IMG/VR virus record: IMGVR_UViG_3300027759_000001
Length of the DNA: 64,000 nt
Source: a virus
Lineage: Duplodnaviria; Caudoviricetes
Reading direction: 5' to 3' (one strand)
The notes beneath the pieces are model-generated. The model made no database searches. It was not told where the DNA came from and saw nothing but the letters and a program-made list of their open reading frames with translations. Shown here one piece after another: positions 54,497-63,439 of this stretch (its first letter is position 1; every line of letters starts with the position of its first letter). The translations under genes and the position numbers were made by a program.

Positions 54497-56713
54497 ATGA
54501 AATTATTTAGTTACTTATTTTTGTTGTTGACCTTTCAGGGGTTTGCACAATATTGTCCATATCTTGGACCAGATCAATTATTACCTTGTGGGGTAGGTAC
54601 CACTACTCTAACCGCCGATTTAAGTCAGTGTGGGGTTGGGGGATCCAATCCTAATCAAACTACAAACTATGGTGTGTCTAACATTCCTTATGTTGCTCAA
54701 ACAAATACGGGAACAAGTTTGTTTATGACAGATGACTCACAACAAGGTCCATTTAATATTGGGTTTAACTTTTGTTTCTTTGGGACAACATATACTCAAT
54801 TCTATGTTGGATCTAATGGTTGGATTTCATTCTCTCCAGGACAACCAACAACATTTACAACACAAACAATCCCTACGGGTAATGTTTTAGTCCCTAGAAA
54901 TTGTATTATGGGACCTTGGCAAGATTGGCATCCTGGATTGGGGGGTCAAATTAAATACCAAGTACAAGGTGTTGCTCCGTGTAGAAAGTTAGTTGTTAGT
55001 TGGATTAATATGCCAATGTTTTCTTGTACGTCTAATCTTGGAACATTCCATATTGTAATATACGAATCAACAAACTATATTGAAAATCACATTCAAAATA
55101 AACCTGCTTGTTTACAATGGCAAGGAGGAACTGCAACTCAAGGGATTCATAATTCATTAGGAACTATTGGTATTGCATCTCCAGGAAGAAACTCAACGGC
55201 TTGGACTACTCAAAATAACTCATATAGATGGACACCAAGTGGACCTGTTGTTAATCCTGTTTTAACTTGGTATCAAGTAGGTAATCCAAACCCAATTGGT
55301 ACAGGTCCGACAATTACTGTAACCCCTCCACCTGCAGGGGCAAATTATACTTGTCATTTTGTATATCCTATTTGTAATGTGGGATGGAGTACGTGTAATG
55401 TGGGTATTGGAAATTTGGGTCCTGACACCGTATTTGTGGCTCCTGGCCCACCTAATTTACCTCCACCAATAGTAACAACATTTAACCCAAATTGTGCTGG
55501 TAGTTGTGATGGGACAATAAACGTAGTGTCAAATGGGGGTACGGGTGTTCAGACAATTTCTTGGAATGGTCAACCACCATTGTTTACGTTAACTAATTTA
55601 TGTGCTGGTACGTATTCATTTACTATTGTGGATGCTGCGGGTTGTAATGTTTCAGGTACCACAACTTTAATTAACCCACCACCTGTAATTGCAAATCCAA
55701 TTATCGGATCAGACACTGCGTGTTATCAGTCAATAAATAACATATATACAACAACAGATTTAGGTATGGGATATACGTATCAATGGACATCTGTTGGTAA
55801 TATAACCTCATCACAAGGTAATGATTCTGTGGTTGTTGATTGGTCAGGATTTCCTGCAGGATTTATACCAAATGCAGTTGATATGGTTGCAATAAGTCCA
55901 AACGGTTGTACAAGTTTACCTGTTTCATTTGATGTGAATATTTTTAACGTACTTCCCGTAATAACACCTTCAGGTCCATTCTGTTCTAATGATGAGTTTT
56001 CTACATTAAGTGCAACACCTATAGGTGGGACATTTAGTGGGATTGGTTTGATAGGTAATGATTTTTATCCGTCAAATGCAGATACGTTAAATAACATAAT
56101 TACTTACACTTATACTCAGAGTGGTTGTGTGTTTGATACTACAACAAATATTATAGTTTATGAAAACCCACAAATATCTCAGATTAGTCCATACAATGAT
56201 TTCTTTGAACTATGTGATGGAGATACGATGTCAAGTGTGTATTCGGTAGTTTCAACGTTACCAGGAGGATATAATGAATGGTCATTTTCTAATAACACAA
56301 CTCAATCAACTAATTTTAACATAACATGGGATAGTTTTGGTATGTTCCCACTATCCGTTGTGAATTGGGTAAATGGTTGTCCGTCTAATCAAGAACAAAC
56401 GGTTATTACAATTGTACAATGTCCTAATTTATTATACTATATTCCAAATTCATTTACACCTGATGGTGATGAACATAATAACACTTTTAAATGGACATTT
56501 ACAAGTGGTTTTGATCCTATGAATTTTAATATTTTAATCTTTAATAGATGGGGAGAACTTATTTTTGAAAGTAATAACTCTAATGGTTATTGGGATGGTA
56601 CATACGGAGATACTATGTGTCCTTTGGGTGTATACACATACAAACTACAATTTGATAATCAGAAAAATGATGGTAAATATTTATTCATAGGAAACGTAAA
56701 CCTAATTAGATGA
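54497..56713 (+). CDS. Secreted surface protein with SprB-like repeat and gliding-motility (T9SS type-B) C-terminal domain
   Basis: Signal peptide; C.GSCDG.I.V...GG......W......NLCAGTY...I.DA.GC; YIPNSFTPDGD..N..F...IFNRWGELIF...WDG...GVY. Confidence 0.85.
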   Translation: MKLFSYLFLLLTFQGFAQYCPYLGPDQLLPCGVGTTTLTADLSQCGVGGSNPNQTTNYGVSNIPYVAQTNTGTSLFMTDDSQQGPFNIGFNFCFFGTTYTQFYVGSNGWISFSPGQPTTFTTQTIPTGNVLVPRNCIMGPWQDWHPGLGGQIKYQVQGVAPCRKLVVSWINMPMFSCTSNLGTFHIVIYESTNYIENHIQNKPACLQWQGGTATQGIHNSLGTIGIASPGRNSTAWTTQNNSYRWTPSGPVVNPVLTWYQVGNPNPIGTGPTITVTPPPAGANYTCHFVYPICNVGWSTCNVGIGNLGPDTVFVAPGPPNLPPPIVTTFNPNCAGSCDGTINVVSNGGTGVQTISWNGQPPLFTLTNLCAGTYSFTIVDAAGCNVSGTTTLINPPPVIANPIIGSDTACYQSINNIYTTTDLGMGYTYQWTSVGNITSSQGNDSVVVDWSGFPAGFIPNAVDMVAISPNGCTSLPVSFDVNIFNVLPVITPSGPFCSNDEFSTLSATPIGGTFSGIGLIGNDFYPSNADTLNNIITYTYTQSGCVFDTTTNIIVYENPQISQISPYNDFFELCDGDTMSSVYSVVSTLPGGYNEWSFSNNTTQSTNFNITWDSFGMFPLSVVNWVNGCPSNQEQTVITIVQCPNLLYYIPNSFTPDGDEHNNTFKWTFTSGFDPMNFNILIFNRWGELIFESNNSNGYWDGTYGDTMCPLGVYTYKLQFDNQKNDGKYLFIGNVNLIR

Positions 56714-56907
56714 TAAAATTTGTAAAATATCTTTTAATATGGGTTTCAAGTAACTTAAGTGTACCTTTTTGGGTTGTGGGCCATGTTCATTTAACTATGA
56801 ACATATATAAAGACTTACATGAGATCATTGCATCACTATTAATGAACATAATTGTTGCAATTGGGTTTTGGATTAGTTGGTTAGAGACAAAAAATGATAC
56901 AAAATAA
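56710..56907 (+). CDS. Small membrane protein
   Basis: 65 aa hydrophobic ORF, ATGA-coupled. Confidence 0.6.
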   Translation: MIKFVKYLLIWVSSNLSVPFWVVGHVHLTMNIYKDLHEIIASLLMNIIVAIGFWISWLETKNDTK

Positions 56908-56908
56908 T

Positions 56909-57517
56909 TTATTTTATATCTGTTGACTCTAATAGAGTGTATGAGAATTTGTTTCCGTGAATTTTAGCGGCTTTTTTACAGATTGACATAAACACATTGA
57001 AATCTTTAACTCGTTTGAATACCTGACATCCCTCAGACCAATTCTCAACCCAAGTAGAATCCTGTCCTGACTTGTGAATGTTGATTCCAAACATTCCAAT
57101 ATCAATTATAAATTCCTCAAAGGTTAAATTTTTGTTAGCATCTCTATAGACATTAACATTACCATTCCTTTGACAAAGTGCGTCATATTTACCTTGGTGT
57201 TTATCAATCATCCATACACTTCTGTATTGTTCTGGTACTAATCTTGCCACACCCTTATTGTTATGAAACTCCATAACACCTTTTTTACCTGGATCTGTTG
57301 TCGCCATCCAACAATAAAATTGTAAAATACCTTTTTCATCTTTAAATGTTAATGTGATGTGATCATCAAATACATTTGTTACTTTTTTTGCTACCAAGGG
57401 TGAGTTATTCCTTACTCCAATAATATTAACATCATAACCTTTGTTTGAATTATCCTCAAACCATTTATAACCTTTAGATTTTACTGCAGTTTCAATTTGT
57501 TCTTTAGTATATCCCAT
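56909..57517 (-). CDS. YkuD/L,D-transpeptidase-like cell-wall enzyme candidate
   Basis: GINIH...WSEGCQV His/Cys motif; divergent from endolysin. Confidence 0.5.
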   Translation of the reverse strand: MGYTKEQIETAVKSKGYKWFEDNSNKGYDVNIIGVRNNSPLVAKKVTNVFDDHITLTFKDEKGILQFYCWMATTDPGKKGVMEFHNNKGVARLVPEQYRSVWMIDKHQGKYDALCQRNGNVNVYRDANKNLTFEEFIIDIGMFGINIHKSGQDSTWVENWSEGCQVFKRVKDFNVFMSICKKAAKIHGNKFSYTLLESTDIK

Positions 57518-57577
57518 ATTCTTTTTATTATAAATATCTTTTTAGATTGAATAATATTTATTAATAAATAAAACAAT

Positions 57578-58402
57578 ATGTTATTAAAAAATGGATCCAA
57601 AGGAGAGGACGTAAAAACACTCCAAACAAAATTAGGACTTACTGCTGACGGTGCATTTGGACCTGGAACAGAAAAGAAAGTAAAAGAATGGCAATCCGCC
57701 AATGGATTAACCGCAGATGGTATTGTTGGTGATGGAACATGGTCAAAAATGTTCGGATCTGCTCAAGTTATTAAAGAAGATGTGGTAATTCCTTCAGGTG
57801 GATCATTAAATATTGAAAAATTAAAGGGTCATATACCTGATGCAGTGATTGCACAGATACCTGAGACCGCAAAAAAGTTCAATATTACAAATAATCTACG
57901 TTTGGCTCACTTTTTGGCTCAATGTGGTCACGAATCAGGAGGTTTTAAGGCGGTTTCTGAGAATTTAAACTATTCTGCGGATGGTTTGAAGAAAATATTC
58001 GGAAAATACTTCCCTGGTAACCTAAATGAATCATATGCTCGTCAACCTGAGAAGATTGCGGCTCGTGTTTACGCTAGTAGAATGGGAAATGGGGATGAAA
58101 CCACTAAAGAAGGGTTCAAATTCAGAGGTAGAGGGTATATTCAGTTGACAGGTAAGTCAAATTACACCAATTTTACCAAATTTATTGGTGAAGATTGTGT
58201 TTCTAACCCTGATTTGGTTGCAACTAAGTATCCATTGGCTTCTGCAGCGTTCTTTTTTGATTCAAACAAGTTATGGACTATCTGTGACAAGGGATCTGAC
58301 GATGCAACGGTAACTGCAGTAACAAAAAGAGTGAATGGAGGTACAATTGGACTACCTGATCGTATTAAACACTTCAAAGAGTACTATAATTTACTTAAAT
58401 AA
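57578..58402 (+). CDS. Endolysin: peptidoglycan-binding domain + glycoside hydrolase family 19
   Basis: LKNGSKGEDVK.LQ...ADG.FG..T...V..WQ...GL.ADGIVG; HFLAQCGHESGG...FRGRGYIQLTG..NY...VNGG. Confidence 0.9.
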   Translation: MLLKNGSKGEDVKTLQTKLGLTADGAFGPGTEKKVKEWQSANGLTADGIVGDGTWSKMFGSAQVIKEDVVIPSGGSLNIEKLKGHIPDAVIAQIPETAKKFNITNNLRLAHFLAQCGHESGGFKAVSENLNYSADGLKKIFGKYFPGNLNESYARQPEKIAARVYASRMGNGDETTKEGFKFRGRGYIQLTGKSNYTNFTKFIGEDCVSNPDLVATKYPLASAAFFFDSNKLWTICDKGSDDATVTAVTKRVNGGTIGLPDRIKHFKEYYNLLK

Positions 58403-58452
58403 CTTGACATACACCATAAAATAGATTAAAATTAAATATAAATCTTAATAAT

Positions 58453-58683
58453 ATGTTTTTTACAATCGTTTTATGTGTTTTTACACTAGTTTTAATCGTT
58501 TTTGGAGTTGGTTTGTTTGTTTGGTGGAAAAAATTTGGTAAATCGTTCTTTGATATGGCCAAAAACCTAACTAATATGAATAAAACCATGTTTAACCCTA
58601 AAAATATGGGTAATATGGGTAATATGGGAGATATTAACCAACAAATGAAAATAATCCAAGATTTTTTTAAGAAAAAACAATAA
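58453..58683 (+). CDS. Small single-TM protein
   Basis: N-terminal hydrophobic helix, NMG repeats. Confidence 0.6.
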   Translation: MFFTIVLCVFTLVLIVFGVGLFVWWKKFGKSFFDMAKNLTNMNKTMFNPKNMGNMGNMGDINQQMKIIQDFFKKKQ

Positions 58684-58705
58684 AACCCTATTAATTAGGG
58701 TTTTA
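58682..58705. terminator. Bidirectional terminator
   Basis: AAAACCCTATTAATTAGGGTTTT. Confidence 0.7.
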
Positions 58706-59120
58706 TTTCTTTAATTGATACTATTTCTACGTTTTTACCCTTATTTTTGACCGTAATCTCGTTTTCTTGGGGGTAAAGTATGTTATTATGTATAGTTTCT
58801 TGTACATCTACCTCTTTTTTGGGTATATTTGCGGTAATTATGTAGTATTTTTCACCCGATCCTGTTGAAAATGAGTGGTTTTTGACCAAATTTGACCTAT
58901 TTAGAGCGAAATGTGACCCAATTTTGGTCATATTTATGTCTTTTTTATCATTTACAGACACAATTCGGTATGCTTTTATCGTTTCTGGTAGGTCTTTTAC
59001 CCTATTTATGTGGTATTCTAGCTCATTTTTAGCGTCTTTTTCACTAAAATCCATCGTTTTTAGGTCATTTAATAGGACTTTTTTGTGTATTATTTCACTT
59101 AAAATAGGTAAAATATCCAT
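58695..59120 (-). CDS. Putative R-S-E type ADP-ribosyltransferase-like protein
   Basis: AYR...GSHFA...IITA...YPQENEITV (R...S...ExE pattern). Confidence 0.45.
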   Translation of the reverse strand: MDILPILSEIIHKKVLLNDLKTMDFSEKDAKNELEYHINRVKDLPETIKAYRIVSVNDKKDINMTKIGSHFALNRSNLVKNHSFSTGSGEKYYIITANIPKKEVDVQETIHNNILYPQENEITVKNKGKNVEIVSIKEIKP

Positions 59121-59123
59121 ATT

Positions 59124-59273
59124 TTATGATTGTTTCTTCTTAGGTTTTATCTCAACCTCATAAGGACCTGTGGTTGACTTACTGGTATCATATTTCCAAA
59201 TACTAATTGAGTCTTCAGTTTCGTAAATTCTCTCGTATTTCTTAGTTTCTATAGGTTTTTTCTTTTCTGTCAT
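59124..59273 (-). CDS. Small hypothetical protein
   Basis: Manual translation MTEKKKPIETKKYERIYE...; TTTG, 19 nt, TATATTTG promoter at 59277-59307. Confidence 0.6.
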   Translation of the reverse strand: MTEKKKPIETKKYERIYETEDSISIWKYDTSKSTTGPYEVEIKPKKKQS

Positions 59274-59309
59274 ATACAAATATACAAAAATTATTTAAAT
59301 TGGCAAAAT

Positions 59310-59627
59310 TTATTCTTTATTTTCAGTTGGATCTTCTTCATTTACCGTTGGGGACTCCCCATTTTTCTTCTCTTTTTGTATTTGGTGAAGAATATAACCT
59401 GAAATAGTGAATTGTATTGATGCCCACATTATAATATCGGTCATTGTAAGGTCAGGATACTTCTTTAATAGGAAAAAAACCATACCCCATTCAGCAATAA
59501 TGAACGCAATCCCTGATTCAACACGTTTTTTGGCGAAAAAAGAAGGTGTGGTTGAGTATAATTTAAGGATCTCCATGATAAATCTCTTAATATTTGTCCA
59601 CCCAAAGAAGTATTTTTTGTTTTTCAT
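59310..59627 (-). CDS. Two-TM protein, holin candidate
   Basis: Two hydrophobic helices and charged C-tail, near endolysin. Confidence 0.4.
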   Translation of the reverse strand: MKNKKYFFGWTNIKRFIMEILKLYSTTPSFFAKKRVESGIAFIIAEWGMVFFLLKKYPDLTMTDIIMWASIQFTISGYILHQIQKEKKNGESPTVNEEDPTENKE

Positions 59628-59718
59628 ACCTATAAATATCTTAATGCAATAAAAAAGGGACAGTAGCGAATTGTCCCTTTAGTTTGTTACCTTAACGGTA
59701 ACGATCCTAAGCAAAATC

Positions 59719-60246
59719 TTACTCTCCTTTAGCTAAGTTAATACATTGTTTAAGGTATTCTTTAGTTCTTGGTGATGGTGTATACTCATCGTCTCTTGTT
59801 TGGAGGTTTAAAACTCGTTCAATATCCTTAACTAATTCAGTTCCGTGTTCATTTTCTTTATATAACTCAATTACTTTATCCATTGCTTTATTACATTTTT
59901 GATTTGTTTCATCAAAATAGTTTTTATTTCTGAATTTATTCAAATTATTCATCATTTCATATGCTAAATGGCTACCACCATCTTTTACATCTTTAAATAA
60001 TCTAATGTTATTTAATATACCTAAAGTATCTACCATTGAATTAACCCCATTTCTTCTTTTACTTACTCCAGGTGAGTATCTGGTAAATTCGTCTGCCTGA
60101 CCAACCATCTCATCTAATGAAATTGTGTTTTCAGGTAAACAAGTGGGTCTAGCCTTTTTCTTATCTTTTACTTCTGCATCGTTCTCTAAAAGAGTACGTC
60201 TTATAATGCTTCTAAGTGTGTTTTCATTTAAATTATTTTTTTTCAT
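59719..60246 (-). CDS. LNE...LLE leader hypothetical protein
   Basis: MKKNNLNENTLRSIIRRTLLE. Confidence 0.75.
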   Translation of the reverse strand: MKKNNLNENTLRSIIRRTLLENDAEVKDKKKARPTCLPENTISLDEMVGQADEFTRYSPGVSKRRNGVNSMVDTLGILNNIRLFKDVKDGGSHLAYEMMNNLNKFRNKNYFDETNQKCNKAMDKVIELYKENEHGTELVKDIERVLNLQTRDDEYTPSPRTKEYLKQCINLAKGE

Positions 60247-60326
60247 AGTGAAAAGTTTTTCTATAAATATATTTCAATTGTAAAGTTTATAGGTATTTAT
60301 CTAAATAAATATATAAATTTACACTA

Positions 60327-60737
60327 ATGTCAAAAAATATTGTTACTTTAACCGAATCAGACATACAAAGAATTGTTTTAAGTGTGTTACAAGAAACTAA
60401 TGAATCAAATTTTCTATATGAGGATTTGTTTGGTTCGGTAGAAGAAACTAACTTTATTATTGGTGATTTAATAACCGAGGCGGAATATCAGGGAAGAAAA
60501 GTTCAGTTGGGTAAGATAATGCAAGGTGACATTAAAAAGTCCAAAGTATATGTTAAGAATGATAAAGGTAAGGTTGTTAAGGTAAACTTTGGTTTTGGTG
60601 GAAAATCAGCCAAAGGTAAAATAATGAGGATTAAGAAAAATAATCCTGAAAGAAGAAGATCATTCAGAGCAAGACACAATTGTGATAATCCCGGCCCAAG
60701 ATGGAAACCAAGATATTGGGCGTGTAGAACTTGGTAA
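60327..60737 (+). CDS. LTESD leader + basic conserved-looking phage domain
   Basis: LITEAEYQGRKVQL...VYVKN.KG.VVKVNFG...NPERRRSFRARHNCD...RYWAC. Confidence 0.75.
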   Translation: MSKNIVTLTESDIQRIVLSVLQETNESNFLYEDLFGSVEETNFIIGDLITEAEYQGRKVQLGKIMQGDIKKSKVYVKNDKGKVVKVNFGFGGKSAKGKIMRIKKNNPERRRSFRARHNCDNPGPRWKPRYWACRTW

Positions 60738-60741
60738 TGAT

Positions 60742-61356
60742 ATGTCAGTGATAATTGAAAGAATCGTAAGGAAAAATCTTATACAATATATTAACGAAAC
60801 CGAAATCAGACCTTCTGATTCAGCAGTTAAGAATATTTGTGATGCTGAAAAGTTTTGTCGTGCTCAAGGTAAAATAACGTTTGGCCAATTAAAAGAATTG
60901 GTTGAAAAAGGAACAAAAAAACGAATTGGTATTCATGTTGGAGAAGGGGCATATAAATCACTATTAAGAATACTGCCTTGGTTCATACCTCAACTTGCAT
61001 TAGCTGGTTTTGCAGCAACTTGGGTTAGAGTTGTAAATAAATTATTGAGACCAGCACTTGAAGAAACCTCAAACTATAAAAAATGGTGGGCTAAAGTTAT
61101 TATGAAAGGATTTGACTTGGTTGAGGGAGAATTAAATGCTACTGACCCATTAACACAAATATTCTTTATATCAGATGGTCTATTAACATTAATGGACGAT
61201 AAAGTTAAAATTAAATTTGCAAGATACGTTGCTGAATTAGCTTCAGAAATGCCTGACGATCAAGAAGTCCCTGAATACTTTGTTGAAAATGAATTAAGAC
61301 ATTGGCTTAACGATAAATTCTTACTTGATCCCCCGTTACCACCAAAAAGGTTTTAA
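60742..61356 (+). CDS. YINE-leader hypothetical protein with hydrophobic segment (start revised)
   Basis: MSVIIERIVRKNLIQYINE. Confidence 0.7.
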   Translation: MSVIIERIVRKNLIQYINETEIRPSDSAVKNICDAEKFCRAQGKITFGQLKELVEKGTKKRIGIHVGEGAYKSLLRILPWFIPQLALAGFAATWVRVVNKLLRPALEETSNYKKWWAKVIMKGFDLVEGELNATDPLTQIFFISDGLLTLMDDKVKIKFARYVAELASEMPDDQEVPEYFVENELRHWLNDKFLLDPPLPPKRF

Positions 61357-61455
61357 TTTTCAACACAAAAACAAGTATTTAATAATTCCATATACTTTTT
61401 TGCAAAAGACACTTAAATTGATTAGTATAATCAACATTATATAATATTTATTGAT

Positions 61456-62082
61456 ATGAGTTTTTTAGATTTAAAAATAAAGTCGTTATTAAATGAGAAT
61501 AATAACAAGAGAGAAGAGATTAGAAAAATTGTTAGAGACATTATTTCAATCTTTAAAAAAAACGATGAAGGTGATTTTTATTTACCTGAAGAGATAACTG
61601 ATGAACAATTTTATGATTTTGATAAAATTGATGCACTTTTAACAATTGAATTAACAATTACTATTAATGATGAAATTGACACTTTTGAGGTTGATGCGGA
61701 TTGGGTTTCAGAAGATGATGTTATAGAACTTACAATAAAATATAATTCTGAAAATAAAAAAAGATTATTATATGATTTAAGTGGTGAATTAAATGAAATT
61801 ATTGCACACGAAATTAGACACATTGATCAAGATACAAAAGGGTCATATAATACAAAAGTTAGTAAATTACTAAAAACAGAAAAAAAATATTACACAAAAC
61901 CACATGAGTTAGATGCTCAAATATTTGGATTTAAAAGAATATCTAAATTAACTAAAACTCCATTTGATGTTGTTGTAAAAAGATGGTTTAATACTCACCA
62001 TAATTTACATCAAATGAATGATACTGATGTTAAATATGTGATTAAAAAAATTATGTCGTTTAAAAAAGAAAAAGGACTTTAA
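61456..62082 (+). CDS. LLNE leader + HExxH zincin-like domain
   Basis: IIAHEIRHIDQ...YYTKPHELDA. Confidence 0.6.
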   Translation: MSFLDLKIKSLLNENNNKREEIRKIVRDIISIFKKNDEGDFYLPEEITDEQFYDFDKIDALLTIELTITINDEIDTFEVDADWVSEDDVIELTIKYNSENKKRLLYDLSGELNEIIAHEIRHIDQDTKGSYNTKVSKLLKTEKKYYTKPHELDAQIFGFKRISKLTKTPFDVVVKRWFNTHHNLHQMNDTDVKYVIKKIMSFKKEKGL

Positions 62083-62696
62083 GATCTAAACCTTTCAATA
62101 ATCTTTGTAATTAATTCTGTTAAAGTCGTAGAAGATATTTTAACCGCCAAGTAACCTAATATTATTTTAGATAATACCGTTATATCAGAACTTGTTGCTC
62201 CACCACTCATATCCAATAATTTTGATAAAAAAGGAATAATAAATGTGTATGCTAACATACCCGACATTTTATGACCTGTAACTTTTAAACTATCAACAAA
62301 TGATAAGAAAGTATTTTTTAATTCATCTGTTTTTTCTAACATTTCGTTAAAAGAAGTAACTAAACCACGTTCTTTAATGATACCTAATAATTTACTTAAT
62401 TTTTCTTTATTAGATGTGTAGTAAGTAACCGCACAAGCAATTGACAATAAAGCCAAATCTTGATTAGTCAGTTCAGGGTTCTTACCCTCAAAATAATTAA
62501 ATACTGGTCTTGAGAATCCTCCAATAGCCGCTCCCCATGTAAATAAGAAACTAAAATCTAATTTAGTATCTTCTTTTACAGATCTAACTATCTTCTTAAT
62601 AAACTCTTTAGAACGTTTAATTTCATCACCGATTATAGATTTACTACTCTCTAATAATAATTTTTCATATTGATGTTCAGTTATTACAATCTTCAT
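62079..62696 (-). CDS. MKIVITE-leader membrane protein
   Basis: MKIVITEHQYEKLLLES; several hydrophobic helices. Confidence 0.75.
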   Translation of the reverse strand: MKIVITEHQYEKLLLESSKSIIGDEIKRSKEFIKKIVRSVKEDTKLDFSFLFTWGAAIGGFSRPVFNYFEGKNPELTNQDLALLSIACAVTYYTSNKEKLSKLLGIIKERGLVTSFNEMLEKTDELKNTFLSFVDSLKVTGHKMSGMLAYTFIIPFLSKLLDMSGGATSSDITVLSKIILGYLAVKISSTTLTELITKIIERFRS

Positions 62697-62730
62697 ACTG
62701 AATAATAAATATTACGATATATTTATTATT

Positions 62731-63411
62731 ATGGAAAAATACGTAAAAAACGCACCATTAGAAAAAGGAGATACGGTTGTCTGTATTAAAATGCAAGATG
62801 AATATGGTGTTCCTGGTGGAGTACCGGGGGTTGTTAAATCTGTTGCAAATGTAATGGGGGATATGCAATATTATGTTGAATGGGACAATGGTTCTAAATT
62901 AGCTTTAATTGAAGGTGTTGATAAATGGATGAGAGTTGTCCAAGATGACACAATAGAAGAAAGTTTTTTTATGACTAAAAAGGGTATTATAAGAGAATCA
63001 AAAAAAGCATCTGAAAAGTTTAATGATTTATCTGAGTACTATGACATACGATTAATTAAAAAATTCCTTGACGCATTAAGACTCTCAAGTGTTACTAATA
63101 TGTTCCAAGCGGGTCAGTATCTTTATTTAGGAAAAGAAAGAATTGCCCATGAACACAAATATAATGAATTTAGTGATGATACTCAGGAAGCATTTGATGA
63201 AGTCTTAGATATGGCAGAAGAGGTTAGAGATGAAATGATACGAGGGTCATTTAGTTCTATTGATGATAAAAATCAAGGTAATGATAATGATGACGAAGAT
63301 GAACTTGATTCAAGATATTTACGTAGTGTGGAAAATAAAATGAGACGAGACGCACAGGATCTATTATCTCTTTGGATGCAATTAAAGGGTAATGCAGCAA
63401 GATTGAGATAA
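62731..63411 (+). CDS. DUF4314-like N-domain fused to DUF5049-like C-domain
   Basis: GDTV.CI.M.D.Y...G.V..V......V.WDNGS.LALI.G.D.W; LR.S..TNMF. Confidence 0.5.
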   Translation: MEKYVKNAPLEKGDTVVCIKMQDEYGVPGGVPGVVKSVANVMGDMQYYVEWDNGSKLALIEGVDKWMRVVQDDTIEESFFMTKKGIIRESKKASEKFNDLSEYYDIRLIKKFLDALRLSSVTNMFQAGQYLYLGKERIAHEHKYNEFSDDTQEAFDEVLDMAEEVRDEMIRGSFSSIDDKNQGNDNDDEDELDSRYLRSVENKMRRDAQDLLSLWMQLKGNAARLR

Positions 63412-63439
63412 TTAAACTATTTATAACAAAAACAAAATT

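Noticed and set aside
8296-60741. Longer upstream starts given by the ORF track (8296, 8567, 8787, 11420, 14493, 21032, 29892, 31150, 35440, 38718, 38848, 40302, 42052, 42403, 47557, 60682)
   Set aside because: Downstream ATGs coincide with conserved leaders, promoter motifs or stop-start coupling, so starts were revised
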